64,000 nucleotides of DNA from Camelus ferus (taxonomy: Eukaryota), in the NCBI RefSeq assembly GCF_009834535.1, contig NC_045713.1, forward strand, positions 34,534,001 to 34,598,000, given 5' to 3'. How positions within the stretch are numbered: position 1 is the first letter of the stretch; each line of letters opens with the position of its first letter. The notes under the pieces were generated by a model that was given only the letters and a program-made list of their open reading frames with translations, searched no databases and had not been told where the DNA came from. Position numbers and translations under genes: made by a program. Positions 48,931 to 61,790 of this stretch are shown here, piece by piece.

Positions 48931-51299
48931 TCCTTGCAGTAATTAGACTCCCAGGGCTGGCAAGAGGCCCAAGTAGAAGTTCACATGCTTTGTAAACAGT
49001 AAAGTATGAAGGAGAGAGACAGTGACTCCTCCCCAGGCTTACAGGCGGGGAAGCAGGAAGTGTAGACCGTGGGGCTGAAGGAAAGAAGCTTAAAGTTCCT
49101 ACTTATTGCTTATCTCACTGCCAAATACAAGAATATCTTTTTTTTTTTTTTTAAAGACTGGCTATAAATGTGTGTAAGAACCATGCTTTTTTGCATAAAG
49201 GTGAATAAATGAGGTGACACCTGTAAAGCGTTTAGGGCTGTGCTTGCTGTATTAATATTCTCCATAAAGTTTAAAAAAAAAAAGACTGGTGAGTTGTGTG
49301 TGACCAAATCAGGTTTTGCTACAGCCGAGATCACCAGGATTAGAAGAAAGCTCCTTATAAGACGATGGAGCATTCAGATGACAATGCTTCCTGTCTGCTT
49401 GGCGGTGGCTGTCACCCTCCGTGGCAACTAGGAGAGCCTGGATAATCAGCAGGTTATTTCCTAATATGTGTGTTCCTGAGTGAGGAAGAAAGACCGTATT
49501 TATGTCTTCCCTTATAAAAGCGATGAGAAAACTAGTTGAATTACAAATATGCCTTGACTGACACAGACCAGAAAGTCATCCCTTCGGTTCCCAATGCCCC
49601 AGGAGGCTGAGGGGCTGGGCTCTGTGGTTCGGAGGGGGACAGATGGGAGCCAGCAGAGCTGCGTGCACGGAGCACCCGTCCTGTCCTGCTATATCTATCA
49701 GAGCTTCCCTCCTCCAGGTGAGTTGGGGCTGTGTTTGTAAATCGGCCCTGGCCCACCTCTCCCTGGTGCCCAGCCTGGTGGGGGCAGCTCCTGTGTCATT
49801 TTTCACGAGACCAGCAAGTCTCTTCCCAGCACGTTCTGATTTCCCGACCACAGCCTCTCAATGTCTCCATCTCTGCTGAGAGGAGAAGCCAGGGAGCCGG
49901 GAGACACCCAAACTGAGAAAAGGCAGGACATGCAAAGTGAAAGGAACAATTAACAAATATTTGAACACCGGGAACCAAATATTGTGGTTGATGCAGAAAA
50001 CCCTTATGAAAAACGAGGTTAATGTGGGAAACGCTGTTACTGCATCAGCCCGCGACGCTCGCCTCTGTAATTAAATTTTCCTCAATTCCACCTCATCAGA
50101 TTTCTTGAGATTACCAGGGATGCATCAATAGCAAATTACTCTTGATGAATCATTTTACAAATTGCATTGCTCCCACCTTCGTGTTCGCTGTCACTGGAAC
50201 ATCGTTAACAGATACGATTACCGACGACGGATAGTGGTGGGGGATGGGGGCTGCGCCCAGTGGCTCATTCTGGGCATGGGCGGGAAGAGCCTTGCTGTCC
50301 TCAGAAACCCCAGGAGAAAAAGACTGGAGAAATCAGGACCCCGTGAATGGCCCTGGCGCTATTTTACTGGGATGGGGATGGATTCAGGGCCACTGTTGTG
50401 CTGTCCAACAGGTGTATCTGAGGCTAAGAGGGACCTCTCCTCCATGTCTGGCTTTGGGAACCCTTAGGGATGCTAAGGATGTGAACCTAACCAGGGGGAC
50501 ACTTGAGGACCCTAAATGGGGGGCTCTGGCCTGGCTGGTCCTGGAGGGGCTGTCTTTTGCCTGTTTCATGGGGGAGTGGAGCAGCAGACGTCCATAAGGT
50601 CCACGTCTTTCTGTTTGCTCAGCATAGAAACTTTGCAGAAGTCGACAGAAGTCACATCAACACTCCTGTCTGAGAATTCCAGGACTCCCTGTTCCCCCAT
50701 ATCTGTGTCCTCCTCTCCTGGTGTCACTGGCTAAATGGCACAGCCCAGAGCTCTTTTTAGCTAACAGGGGCTGTAATGAGTTTCTGGCTTCTGGGTTTGT
50801 GATCTGTTAAATGGAAATGAATAATTTCAAACACTGAGAGACCTGGAAATCCTGTTTTCTAGGAATCTGTTTTATGGATGTATCTTCATGGCCACATACT
50901 ATGTTAGGTTCAACAATCTTCTCTGCAGCCTTCTCTGTTACAACAACAACAAAAGAAGCTATGTGTCCACGAAGGAGGGGACAGATAGGTTCTGGGTCCT
51001 TAACCCAGTGGAATAGCAGGCAGCTAGTAACTTCATATACACTGACTTGGAAAGAGAAAAAAATCAAGTTTCACACAAAGTATACCATCTTGTCTTTGTG
51101 ATTTTTGTTGTGTGATTATGTTAATACTTTAAAAGCAGTGAGAAACCTTTAGAAGGATGCACGCCAAACTCTTGGCAGTGGTCCCTCCTGGAGGTAAGAC
51201 TGAACAGGGAGGAAGATGCTGCCTGTGATAAAAGAAAGAGGAGAGGAGGAAATAGAAAAATAAAATAAATATTTTTGGATTAAAAAAAATAAAGAAAAA

Positions 51300-52360
51300 A
51301 GGCAGGCATGCTAGAGTCTGCCGTCTCTCTCCCTATCCCCTCACACCCCATGGAAATCACCATCCTGAAACCCGTGCTGATAATTCTCTTCATGTCTTCA
51401 CAGCTTTCCACTGACATGTGAATCCTGAAATAGTACATTGTTGGCCCGGCTTGTGTTTGGACTTTAAATCCATGCACCGTAATTATGACATTTCCCCCTC
51501 AACGTGAGGTTTTAGAGACCCATCTAGATCTGCACACGGATGCAGCGCTGCTGTGCTGATGCGCCCTGCTGCACAGAACTCCGCTGTCTGAACAGACCAC
51601 ACCGCTTGTCCATCGAACGCTGGACGTTCGGCTTGGCGCTACTGTGAACAGCTGTGCTGTATTTCCACGCAAGTTCCTAGGGCCCGGACCTCGGGGTGGA
51701 ATTTCCGTGTGCCAGGGTTGTGTATGCGTTCATCTCCCCCTGGAAAAGCTAAACCGTTTTCCAAACTCATTTTATGCCTTCGTTCTCCCACGAGCGCTAG
51801 ACCAAGGGTCATCCTTCTGCAACCTGACCATCAGGTGATGCTGTCTCACCTTCAAACACGTCTCCCAACATGATGGATGTGAAGGAGCATCTCTTTTTGC
51901 TTTTAATTTGCCTTTGTCTCACTTGAATAATGAATAATGAGGTGGAGCATCTTTTTTTAGGTGTGGGGGCCATTTATGCTCTCCCTCTTTTTCTTTTTAA
52001 ATATCAGAGATTGGCAATCTTTTCTATAAAGGACCAGACCGTAAGTGCTTTTGGTTCTGTGAGCAACTACTAGACGCTGCTGTTGTGGCCTCAGACTCAA
52101 TATGTAAATGAATGAATGACTGTGACTGTGTTTCAATGAAACTTTCTTTACAAAAACAGGGACTGGGCTGGATTTGTCCTGTGGCTTAAAGTTTGCTCTG
52201 ATTTATGGGATTTCTGAATCTGAGATCCCTTTGTATATTCTGAATATGAGTACTTTTTTTGAATGTGTGGCAAATATTTTCCACTAGCATGTGAGATGGC
52301 TTTTTACCTAGTCTATCCTGGTTTTGATGAACAGGATTCCTATTATAGTGATTTCTTTTT
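51300..52360 (-). mobile_element. Ancient L1 (L1ME-like) remnant
   Basis: ggaaatcaccatcctgaa...ctagggcccggacctcggggtggaatt...ttttaatttgcc...atgaggtggagcatctttt. Confidence 0.7.
52004..52200. mobile_element. MER58A-like MITE nested in L1ME
   Basis: cagagattggcaatcttttctataaaggaccaga...tttcaatgaaactttctttacaaaaacagg. Confidence 0.7.
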
Positions 52361-52701
52361 AAAAAGTGAATAAGATTTGTTGAAACTCTGTACCAGCCTG
52401 GGTTTACTTCCCATCTGTCCTAAATATGATCAGGGCCTTCTGGAAGTCCAGTGGGAGAGCGTCTGACGCACAGGTATCTAATATAGAGACAGAGGACATC
52501 ACTCAGTGTGCAGGGACAGGAAGAAAGTTAGAAGGTTCTCCATGACAAATGAGCAGGCAAAAAAGTCCCGAGAGCAGAGAGCACTGTTCTCGAACTTGGT
52601 CCACATGCCCCAGCTCTGAGCAGCACCGCCTGCCCAGGTGAAGGACCCACGAGGCTCCAGGGATGGAATATTCACCCTGTGGAGACACTGGGCATACTCA
52701 C

Positions 52702-53035
52702 CTGGCTTGATGGGCTGCCTGTTTGAGAAGGTCAGAGGCGCGACGAGGAACTTGGTTTCTGCGACTGGCACCCAGTGGTGGAGAATTTTCACTGTCCAGA
52801 CCCCGGGCCTCAGGGGCAAGTTCAAAGGAGGCTTGTAGTGGGTGAATTCGGCAGTGGACTCAATCAGGATGTCGTAGGTGGCTGCGATGATGTTGACAGG
52901 ATCCACCCAGATGATGGTCACGGTCACGTTGGGGCCCTTCCCCCATTTCTGCATGCCCACCGGCTCGTCCATGGGCCCCAGGAGACCCCCAAAGTTGCGG
53001 AAGAGCCGCTCCTTGGCATCCCACTCAGTGCCAAC
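52702..53035 (-). CDS. XYLT1: XYLT1 coding exon (human exon 11 equivalent), 334 bp
   Basis: Encodes [111 protein letters not shown]. Acceptor ctgtttcag|GTT, donor CCAG|gtgagt. Phase 0 in, phase 1 out, in frame with both neighbours. Confidence 0.98.
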
Positions 53036-53119
53036 CTGAAACAGAGGAAAGAGGCCTGAAATTGCTGGAACTGAACGAGGGTGCTGGGTCCCAGGAACGC
53101 CTAGGACCCTGCTGTTTGG

Positions 53120-53250
53120 GCTGCATACACCCATTTTACAGATGAGGAAACTGAGGCTCCAATTAAGTTACTTGCTCAGTCACTTAATGCTGGACAGGCA
53201 GTAAGCAGAAGATCTGGGATTTGAACTTGAAAGATTACGACGCCCAGGGT
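53120..53250 (-). mobile_element. MIR SINE
   Basis: cccattttacagatgaggaaactgaggctc...gggatttgaac. Confidence 0.75.
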
Positions 53251-54051
53251 TCATTTCACTAAACCTTTGGGCCTGCAGTTCCCGGTATGTAGTATGTGCT
53301 TTGGAAAAACAATGTGCATGGAATGAATGAACGCCCATCTGCAGGCCATTCCAAGGAGACCTACACCCTGCCTCTCAACAGGTATGGCTGGTTCCCACTT
53401 TGGTCATTAGTTTTGCAGGTCACGTGCCTCCTTTTACTGTAATTGTTCTGAACAAGAGAGGAGCCCAGGTTGTGGAGCTGCCCTAGGAAAAGGAAGGGTC
53501 CCTCAGCATGGCTTAGCATTTGCAGGAGCTCCAATGTTCAGATAGCTTTGGCTTCCCTAAAGCTTTGTGAGCTGGGCCCTGTGGCTGGAAGATGGTGGTA
53601 CGACCCAGCCTTCCTGCCAGCCAGCGGGGTGGGTGTATGGCTTGGACCCACCAGAAACCTCCTCTTGGCTTCCCTCCTTCCCCCTTTGCTGCCAGCAATT
53701 TCTACTCCAGCCAGTAACCAGAAAGACCTGGTGAAGTGTCCTCTCGGTGCTCAAATCCCCGTGGCTGGTCCCCTGCTGATTCCCGGTGCCCAGCACCACG
53801 CCTGCCACACAGTCAGCGCTCCATCAATCACTTGTCGAATGGACGTGTGAGTGACTTGGCAAGAAAAACGAATTAACTACGTAGATCCCTGATACTGAGC
53901 TCTGCTGCTCATTCAAGTCAGATTAAATCGGGGGGGGGGGGTCTTCCCTCCCCAGGAGGTTTAAGTTAATGTTCTGAAGACACAGCGTGTGGGGGCCTGG
54001 TAGCAGGTGATAAGTACACTCTGAGACCGTTTCACGACCAGCGTCTGTGGG

Positions 54052-54072
54052 GGTGTGTGTGTGTGTGTGTGC
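54052..54072. repeat. (TG)n microsatellite
   Basis: About 10 TG units. Confidence 0.9.
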
Positions 54073-55769
54073 GCAGGTCGGGTGCAGGTGTGGGTCCACA
54101 CGTCTACACCCTGAGAAGACGTCACATGCGCAGTGCACACACGAGCTGGTTGACTTTCTCGTTGTTCCTGCCTTGAGTTATTATGTCCATTCTTCACCCA
54201 GGACACAAGGCCCCATGGCTAATATTTACTGAGAGCTCACAGTGCGCCGGGCCTAAGGCTAAGCGCTTGGATGCACTGATTTGCTTACCATTCCCAACTC
54301 CTTCACGGGGGCACCCTTGACAGAAGCCTTACTTCACACACGGCTCAGAGCAGTCGGATGGCTCAGCGAGGGGGACCCGGGAGGCCCGACCCCGGAGGCT
54401 GGGTTCTTACTCACTCTTCTATATATTGCCTCCCCTTCACTCATTCATTCATCCACTCACACACTCATTCATGCATTCATTCATTCATCCAACACCTATG
54501 TGCCGAGTGCCTACCACCTACCCGGGGTGGTTAGTTATACATGCATGTTCACAGGCTCACAGCCGGCTTTAAGCTCCTGTCTTTAGGCCAGAGCCAAGAC
54601 TGGCACAGAGAAGCTGTCCAAAGGGCAGCGAGGGGAGCCATGCTGGGACAGAGGCCGCCGTCCCTCCCAGACTCGTGAGATCTTGGCTTTTTCTGCCTCC
54701 CTGCGCCTCAGCAGTGACTGGCTCCTCCTTGAAGACCTCTGGGGCCTAGCACAGCAGCTGGAACCCAGTTGAAATTAAAACAACACTGTTAGTGGAGGAG
54801 ATAAATGAATGAGTGGGCAGGACTTGAACCAGGCCTCCAAGTCTTAGACATTTTTGTAGAGAAACCCAACTTTGCTACCTCACTCCGTTCAGTTCTTCCA
54901 AGCCCCTTCTCATCGTTCATGAGTCCATTCTCTCCCCAGATCCTGCGCGGTCTGGCCCACCCTGGATGGACTCCAGCCTTATCTCCATCCCTCTGCCTGC
55001 CCTCCACCCACCCTGCTCCAGGCCACCCTGGAGCACTCTCGGCGCCTCTGCCCCTGATCCCGCAGCCTGGCCTGGCCCTCTCTTGGTCACTCTTCTACCC
55101 TCCCCTCCTCCTGGTCGGCTGGTCATCCAGCTCTCAGCCCAGGCGTCACCTCTAGTTGGGAGGTGCCCCGATGTGTAACTGCCCACTGTAGCTTTTTATT
55201 TCTTTCTTTATTTTTGCCCAGTACCACACCTTCTACTTTACGTGTTTCTCCCTGCAGCTCAAGACTGTCGACTCCACGAAGGCAGGGACTACATCTGGCT
55301 TGTCCACCGATATGTCTCCAGTGCCTAAAACAGTGCTGAGCACATAGTAGGTGCTCAATATCTATCTGTCCATTCTATCTCCCTACTGACCTACCCATCC
55401 ATCCATCATGCATCTACGTCAGGAATGGTTGGGGCCAAGCACATGGATAAATAGATTTAATGCTCACAAAACCACTTTGGGGTCCTACCTAAGGAAGGGG
55501 GTTTTGACCAGTCAAGCAGCTGTGGGGACACTCCAGAATATCATCCTTGGATCCCTCAAAGGAAGGGAGTGAATAATTCTCCTAAGTCTGATTTCTAAAA
55601 TGAAGACAACCTGGGCCAAAGAGATGCAGAGCGGCTGATAGTGGGAAACCTGAATTTGTTTCTAAACCGAGGAGGGGAGGCGAGAGTCAGCTGCTGCCTC
55701 CAGACACGAGGGGAAGTGGGGCTGCCTGAGAGGGAGCCCTGCTGCTGTCACTTCCTCTGTGGCCTTCAG

Positions 55770-56480
55770 GACCTTCTCACCCAGCCTCACTGTGGGAGTC
55801 TGCTGCCATTCACCACAAAGTCACCCACTACTCAAATTTAAGTACTGTTGAAGTTCAAGCTCAATATACTGCTCCTTTGCTTCAAACCCACCAAGGCTCC
55901 CCTCTGCACCTAAAATGCAATTTAACTTCTTTCCAGGGCCTGTGAGACCCCTTGTGATCTGTTCCCTGTCTCCTCTGAGAACTTCCTCCCACTATTTTCC
56001 TCTTGTTTATTGGCCACACTGGGCTTGCTGCTCCTTGAGTGTGCCAAGCGCCTTCCACAAGCCTCAGGGCCTTTGCACGTGCTCTCCTACTAGATGATCT
56101 GAGAATGTTCTAGATCTCCCCACCACTGGTTTTACAAGTTTCAACTCTAAAGTTATCTCATTAGAAAAGCCTTCTTGAATTGTTTCATTAAAAGTCATTT
56201 CTGGGGGAGGGAGGGGGGAGGGTATATCCCCAGGGTTCAATCCCCAGGAGCTCCATTTTAAACAAGCAAACAAACCTAATCACCCCCCCCGCCCCCGCCA
56301 AATGTCCCCACTAGCCTCTCAAGTTCTCAGGAATCACAAATGAAGTTTGAAGTTTTATTTTCTTTATAATACTTGTCATTAACTGGAAAGTTTTTGCTTG
56401 TTTATGTCCTCATTCATTGGCTGGCTGCCCCACTAGACTGCAATTCCACGACACCAAAGGTCTGATCTGTCCGGTTCACT
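55770..56480 (+). mobile_element. LINE-2 fragment (contains a SINE)
   Basis: ctgctcctttgcttcaaac...cagggcctttgcac...gttcactgctg. Confidence 0.65.
56203..56302 (+). mobile_element. Internally deleted vic-1-like SINE
   Basis: ggggagggtata head joined directly to a B box (gggttcaatcccc), with vic-1-type tail aaacaaacctaatcacccccc. Confidence 0.7.
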
Positions 56481-57459
56481 GCTGCCCCTCCCGCACCTCG
56501 GTTATGGCAGGACCTCAGTGGCTGCCTCCTGGAGAAGTGGCATCTTTTCCCCAAGTCACTACTGTCTGAGCTGGTCAATGACACTGGTGCCTGCTGGGAG
56601 TCAGGCACGGTGCAAACCCCAGAACTGTGCCAGCCCAACAGAGATTCTCAGTAGCCCCCAGGGTGGCCCTGCAGTTCATTCCTTCCTTCTTACCCAATTT
56701 TACACCATTTGCCTTAAAACTAAGGTTTTAGAAAAAAAATTCAAAATACATGTCTCAGGGCTCCCTGCATCACATGCTGTTACTCTGCCAGAGATCTGGG
56801 TGGTTCCCACACAAAGGGTACCAGAGCTAGAGCAGAAACCCTCACAAATCACTAGCCACGGAGTGACCAACATTTGTCACTGCCACAAGTGCCCAGTTAC
56901 CCAACGGCAGGCTGATAAACAGCGAGAGACCAGCCACCAGGCATCCATCTCATTAATGGGACATTAATGTCTTCAGTTGGCCGCTGGGGTCCCCAGAGCA
57001 CAGAATCCAACTGGGGCAGCATCTAATTGCCCCCTGATACCAGTAATTTATGGAGTGGGTGTCCATGACAGCTTAGATCCAGCCAGTCCATTTGGAGCTT
57101 TAATTTAAAATGGCAGCTTAACAAGAAACTTCCACCCATGCCTGTTCAGTGCCCACCCGGTAGGGCACAGGTCAGCCAGGTGGGGCCATAGGGGCTATAA
57201 AAGGACCAGCAAGAAATATGGAAAAAGGCCAGAACACTTCCTCCCACCCTCTCCCAGCCCTCAAGATTCTCCATATTCTAAAACCGGACTCCCCATCCCA
57301 ACCCTGAAGCTAAACTCACTGGGAATACTTCACCCCAGGGGTGAAGCACCTCTTTAGCTACTTGCTGCTGGGGAAGGCAGAACTCTGGTGCTGGAGCTTT
57401 GTGTGGGCAACGCTCAGCAAGCTTGACCACACCTCCCCTTCCTCCCTGCATCACTATCC

Positions 57460-57960
57460 AAGCGCGTACACTCCTTCATTCAGAAATCTTATTCAGCATC
57501 AACAAATGCTGTGTTCTCTTCTGTGCGCTAGGATACAGCAGTGAGCAAGCGTGCCAGTCTCATTTCTCCTGCAGACAATCACCAAGCGATCAGAGAAATC
57601 AACAAGATCATTTGAGACGGTAAATGCTAAGGGAAAAAATAAAATAGGGATGTGTCGGGTGGAGAAGGTAGTTATTGTGGCATAAATGGCTGGGCATGGA
57701 AAGCTTCCCTGAAGGTGTGCCATCTAGATTTAGATCTGAATGACAAAATAAAAAAAAGGTGAAAAGCTGGGGAAGAACATTCTAGGCAGGATGTTGAGGG
57801 CATGCCACACGTGAGGCAGGAAGGAACTTGGTACGTTTGACAAAGACACAGGAAGTGCGAGCGGGGAGGAGGTGGTATTGGGTGAGGCTGGAGCAGCAGA
57901 TGGAGGCCAGATCACGTAGGGCCTCACAGGTCTGGAGGTAGGACCGATGTAACAAGGCTG
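57460..57960 (-). mobile_element. LINE-2
   Basis: attcagcatcaacaaat...catctagatttagatctgaatga...gaacattctaggcag...ggaggccagatcacgtagggcct. Confidence 0.7.
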
Positions 57961-58204
57961 GTGCCAGGAGAATCCACCTCCTCAGGCAGAAAAAATAACT
58001 AAAAGCTGATGCTGTCCTGGGGAGGTGGGACCTGGATCCCGTGGACCCATGCATCCATTCACCAGTCTATCTGTCTGTCCACTGACATGGCTGTCCATCC
58101 ATCTATGCATCCATTCATCCACTCATCTGGTCAACGACTGATCTGGTGCTTACTTTGAGTTTATCTCTGTGCTAGAAACTGGGGAGACAAAAGCACAATT
58201 AAGC

Positions 58205-58370
58205 ATGGGATTTGTAGCCTCAGAGACCTGGGTTAAATGTTGAGCTCTTCCACCTCCTAGCTATGATCCAGAAAATCATTAGGCCTCACTTTTCAACCTG
58301 TAAAATGGGACTAAGGCCATAACTCCATTAGGAAACTGGTTTGTTATTAGTTTATGACTAACACATGTTT
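58205..58370 (+). mobile_element. MIR SINE
   Basis: gagacctgggttaaat...cttccacctcctagct...caacctgtaaaatggg. Confidence 0.65.
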
Positions 58371-58499
58371 AGGAGGAATTACTGATTAGGATAAAAAATT
58401 AAAAGGAATAGAAGTTCTACTATAAAAATGTAGTCAGCCTCCAGGCTGGTTGGTGTGTGGGTATTGACTTCCCTACTCTCTCCTTCCTTCTGCTGTTTA

Positions 58500-58874
<375 letters not shown>

Positions 58875-59169
58875 TCACCGGTCAGGGCCGGACATGTGTC
58901 TGATCAACGGGGCTCTCCATCCATCAGGCTGAGCCTGTTGCTACAATTTTACACAGTGCTCGCCATATTCTTGAAGGCTGCTCCCCGTCTTTCTCTGATC
59001 TCAATAACTTATTAACAATAACTTTTTTGTTGATCATAAACGTAAAACACACTGATTGTATGAGGGCACAATCAAGGAAGTAAAAATTACTGCGTGTGAT
59101 GCTTCTTTCCATAGATGATGATGTGAATTCACAGATATTCATTGATTCTCTCGTGCCAGGTACCGGGGA

Positions 59170-59690
59170 GCGACAATGGTGTACACACAGGGCCATCATA
59201 ACGTACTTCCTTTCAGCCTTATTTTCTAGGCATATATTTGCAAAATCTTACGTAGTCGGGATCATAATACACACACTATATCCTGCTTTTGCTTCATAGC
59301 ATTTCTTGAGCATTAGCACATGCCTTTCAAAGTCTCTGAAAACATGATGTGTGTGTGTGTGCATGTATACATTGTTCCATTGTAATGGAATATCACAATA
59401 TGGAAATATCGTACCAAAACATGTTATTATTATAGAAGTTCCCCATCACTGGGGGGTCCAACTAGTTTCTAATTTTTTTTTGTTGTTCTAAACAATGCTG
59501 CATTAACCATCCTTGAGCAAAGATGTTTTTTGGAACATTTCTCGCTCTCTCTCTCTCTAATCTCCAAGGGGCTCTCTATGTCTGCTGCCCAAGTTTATCA
59601 CAAAGGTGGTACTGATTTACACCCTCCCTGTCCTTGTCACCAATGGCACTGGGTATTATCCTTAAAAATGCCTGCCAGTCTGAGATAAAT
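59170..59690 (-). mobile_element. Ancient L1 (L1ME/MC-like) remnant
   Basis: gggatcataatacacac...aacaatgctgcattaaccatccttg...caaaggtggtactgatttacaccctcc. Confidence 0.55.
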
Positions 59691-60234
59691 ACATACATAC
59701 ACAAACAGGCAGCTGGTTTCAAGATGCGCGTCTTAGATCCACAAAGGCTTCTGGCTGAAAGGGGCAGGGAAGCTAAGCAAAGATGCCCAGAGGAGAGGGG
59801 AACAGAGAGAGGAGGGAGGAGCGTGCACCCAGCTCTTTGTCGTTCCTACTTGTAAGATGAAAAGCGGCCGGTTCCGCAGTGTGTTAACCGCACAGCACTT
59901 AGTGGGCGCGTGGCCCCTTGACAACAGCCCTCCACAAATCACGGTCCCCGCGCAGCATTCCCTCCCCCGGCCCTGCTCGGGACTTTACGTCTTTATGCCC
60001 AATGGTAATGGTTAGGGAAGCTGCCTTCCTGTGTCACCCTGAAGCCACTGCCTTGTTATTGCGATGCCTCCGGAGCTCTGGGGAAAAAAACCATCTTCAG
60101 ATTGCTGGCTGGGCATTCCCTGTCCATGCGAGTCCACTTGGGTCTGGACTTTGGGAGCAGAAAACCTTCCCTCTGGACTGTGCTGCAGACCTTGCCGCGA
60201 TGACAGAATGTCCTACGCCAGCGCCGTCCAGCTC

Positions 60235-60370
60235 AGTAGCCCCAACCACTTGTGACGATCAAGCCCTTGAATTGTGGCTGGTGTGACTGAGGAACTGCAT
60301 TTTTAATTTTAGTTAATTTAAACTTAGATGCCTCTCTGTGGCTAGTGGCAACTGTGGACGGCAGATATGG
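60235..60370. mobile_element. MER3/MER33-like hAT MITE fragment
   Basis: ttgaattgtggctggtgtgactgaggaactgcatttttaatttt...tgtggctagtggc. Confidence 0.65.
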
Positions 60371-60389
60371 AGTCGTGGGAGAGTCCTGA

Positions 60390-60720
60390 GGTTGTCTGCA
60401 GTCATGTCCCCAGTTTGTCCCCTCTCCTGTCTTTCTCATGTGATTTTGTGGGTTTCCTTGCAGTGATGAAGTGAGTCTATTCCCCTCTCTTGAATCTGCC
60501 TGGGCCAGCAGAGGAAGGGGTGTCATGCCAGTTCTGAATCAGAGCGCCAGGAGGCTTTGCACCTTTCCACTAGCCTCTTGCTCTTTCATGCTCACCGTGA
60601 GAGCACGCCTAGGCTGGCCTGCTGGGGGAGGAGACACTTGGAGCAGAGCTGAGCCACCCAAGGTGTCCCAGCCAGAGCCATCCTAGATCTGCCAACAGCT
60701 CCCAGCCGAGAGCAACAGAG
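60390..60720 (+). mobile_element. MLT1-family MaLR LTR fragment
   Basis: gtctattcccctctcttgaatctg...gtcatgccagttctg...gcctaggctggcctgctgg. Confidence 0.55.
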
Positions 60721-61109
60721 CCCCTCTCCTGACCTGCCGCTGGCTGCAGTTGCGGGAGAGATACTGGCGGAGACCAGGAAAACTGCCCGGCTCACCTGCA
60801 AACTTGAAGGCTATGTACATGCTTATTGTTTCAAAACACTGATTTGGGACTCGTTTGTTACGTGGCATTATTGCAATAGATTCATGATACACTGTCAGTG
60901 TTTATTCTGTAAGGTGGGTGGACTAGCGACAGTGGAAGAAGAGCAGGAGAGAGGGTTGTCACGGGAGTCAAAAGAAGAAAGTGTTTCCAGAAGGGGGTGG
61001 TCAGTTGTATGGGGTGCTTGTAAACAAGGGACGGTCACATGCTCTAGAAATTGAGGAGTGCATCCTGGGTGGCTTACTCTCCCACACCTTCTCTGAAGAA
61101 ATCCTGTTT

Positions 61110-61790
61110 TCTCCACCTGAATCCATCCCCTACTGTCCTGTGCACTGCCAGCGTCCTGGTCCAGCTGCCAGCAGGCCTTCCCTGGACCCTTGCAGGAGCT
61201 TCCTTACTTGTCTCCCTCCTAGTGTGTCTGCTGTAACCCAGTCTCATAGCAGTCATCGTCCCTTGCCGAAACACCACGAGGGGCTTTGCTTATGTTTGGA
61301 TAAAGTCCAAACTCGTTACCTGGTCTACAAAGTCCCGCCTCTTTCTTTAGCCTCATTTTGTTTCCCTCTGTCCCAGCCCACCACTTTCCAGCCGCATGGA
61401 CCTTACTTTAAATTCCTCAACATGCTAAACTCATTTCCACCTCAGGGCCTTTGCACGGGACAGTCTCTCTGCTGGGAAGGCTCTTTCCCCCTTAGGACTG
61501 CATGGTTGGCTCATCTTATCATTTTGCTAAATGTTACCACCGCAGAGAGATCTTCCCTGACCACTGAATCTGAAGTCACCAACTCACTGCTTTCACATGA
61601 CTTTACATTCTCAGTAGAACACTGATCTCTGTTGATCTTTTGTTCTTGTTTATGTGTGCTGGGATACTGTCTGCCTTCATAGTAGAATGGGAGGGCCTTG
61701 AGCTTGGGGACTGGACTGTCTGGGTTATGGCTGAGTGCCCAGTGCCGAGCCTGACGCATGGCAGATGCTCAATCATTACTTACTGTTTGA
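61110..61790 (+). mobile_element. LINE-2
   Basis: ataaagtccaaactc...ctcagggcctttgcac...cttccctgaccact...tgcccagtgccgagcctgacgcatgg. Confidence 0.75.

Noticed and set aside
52499-53134. 211-aa ORF as a single-exon gene
   Set aside because: It is XYLT1 exon 11 extended into flanking intron (including a MIR). Canonical splice sites define the real exon.
60981-61625. 214-aa ORF
   Set aside because: It lies in a decayed L2, with low-complexity S/P/L composition.
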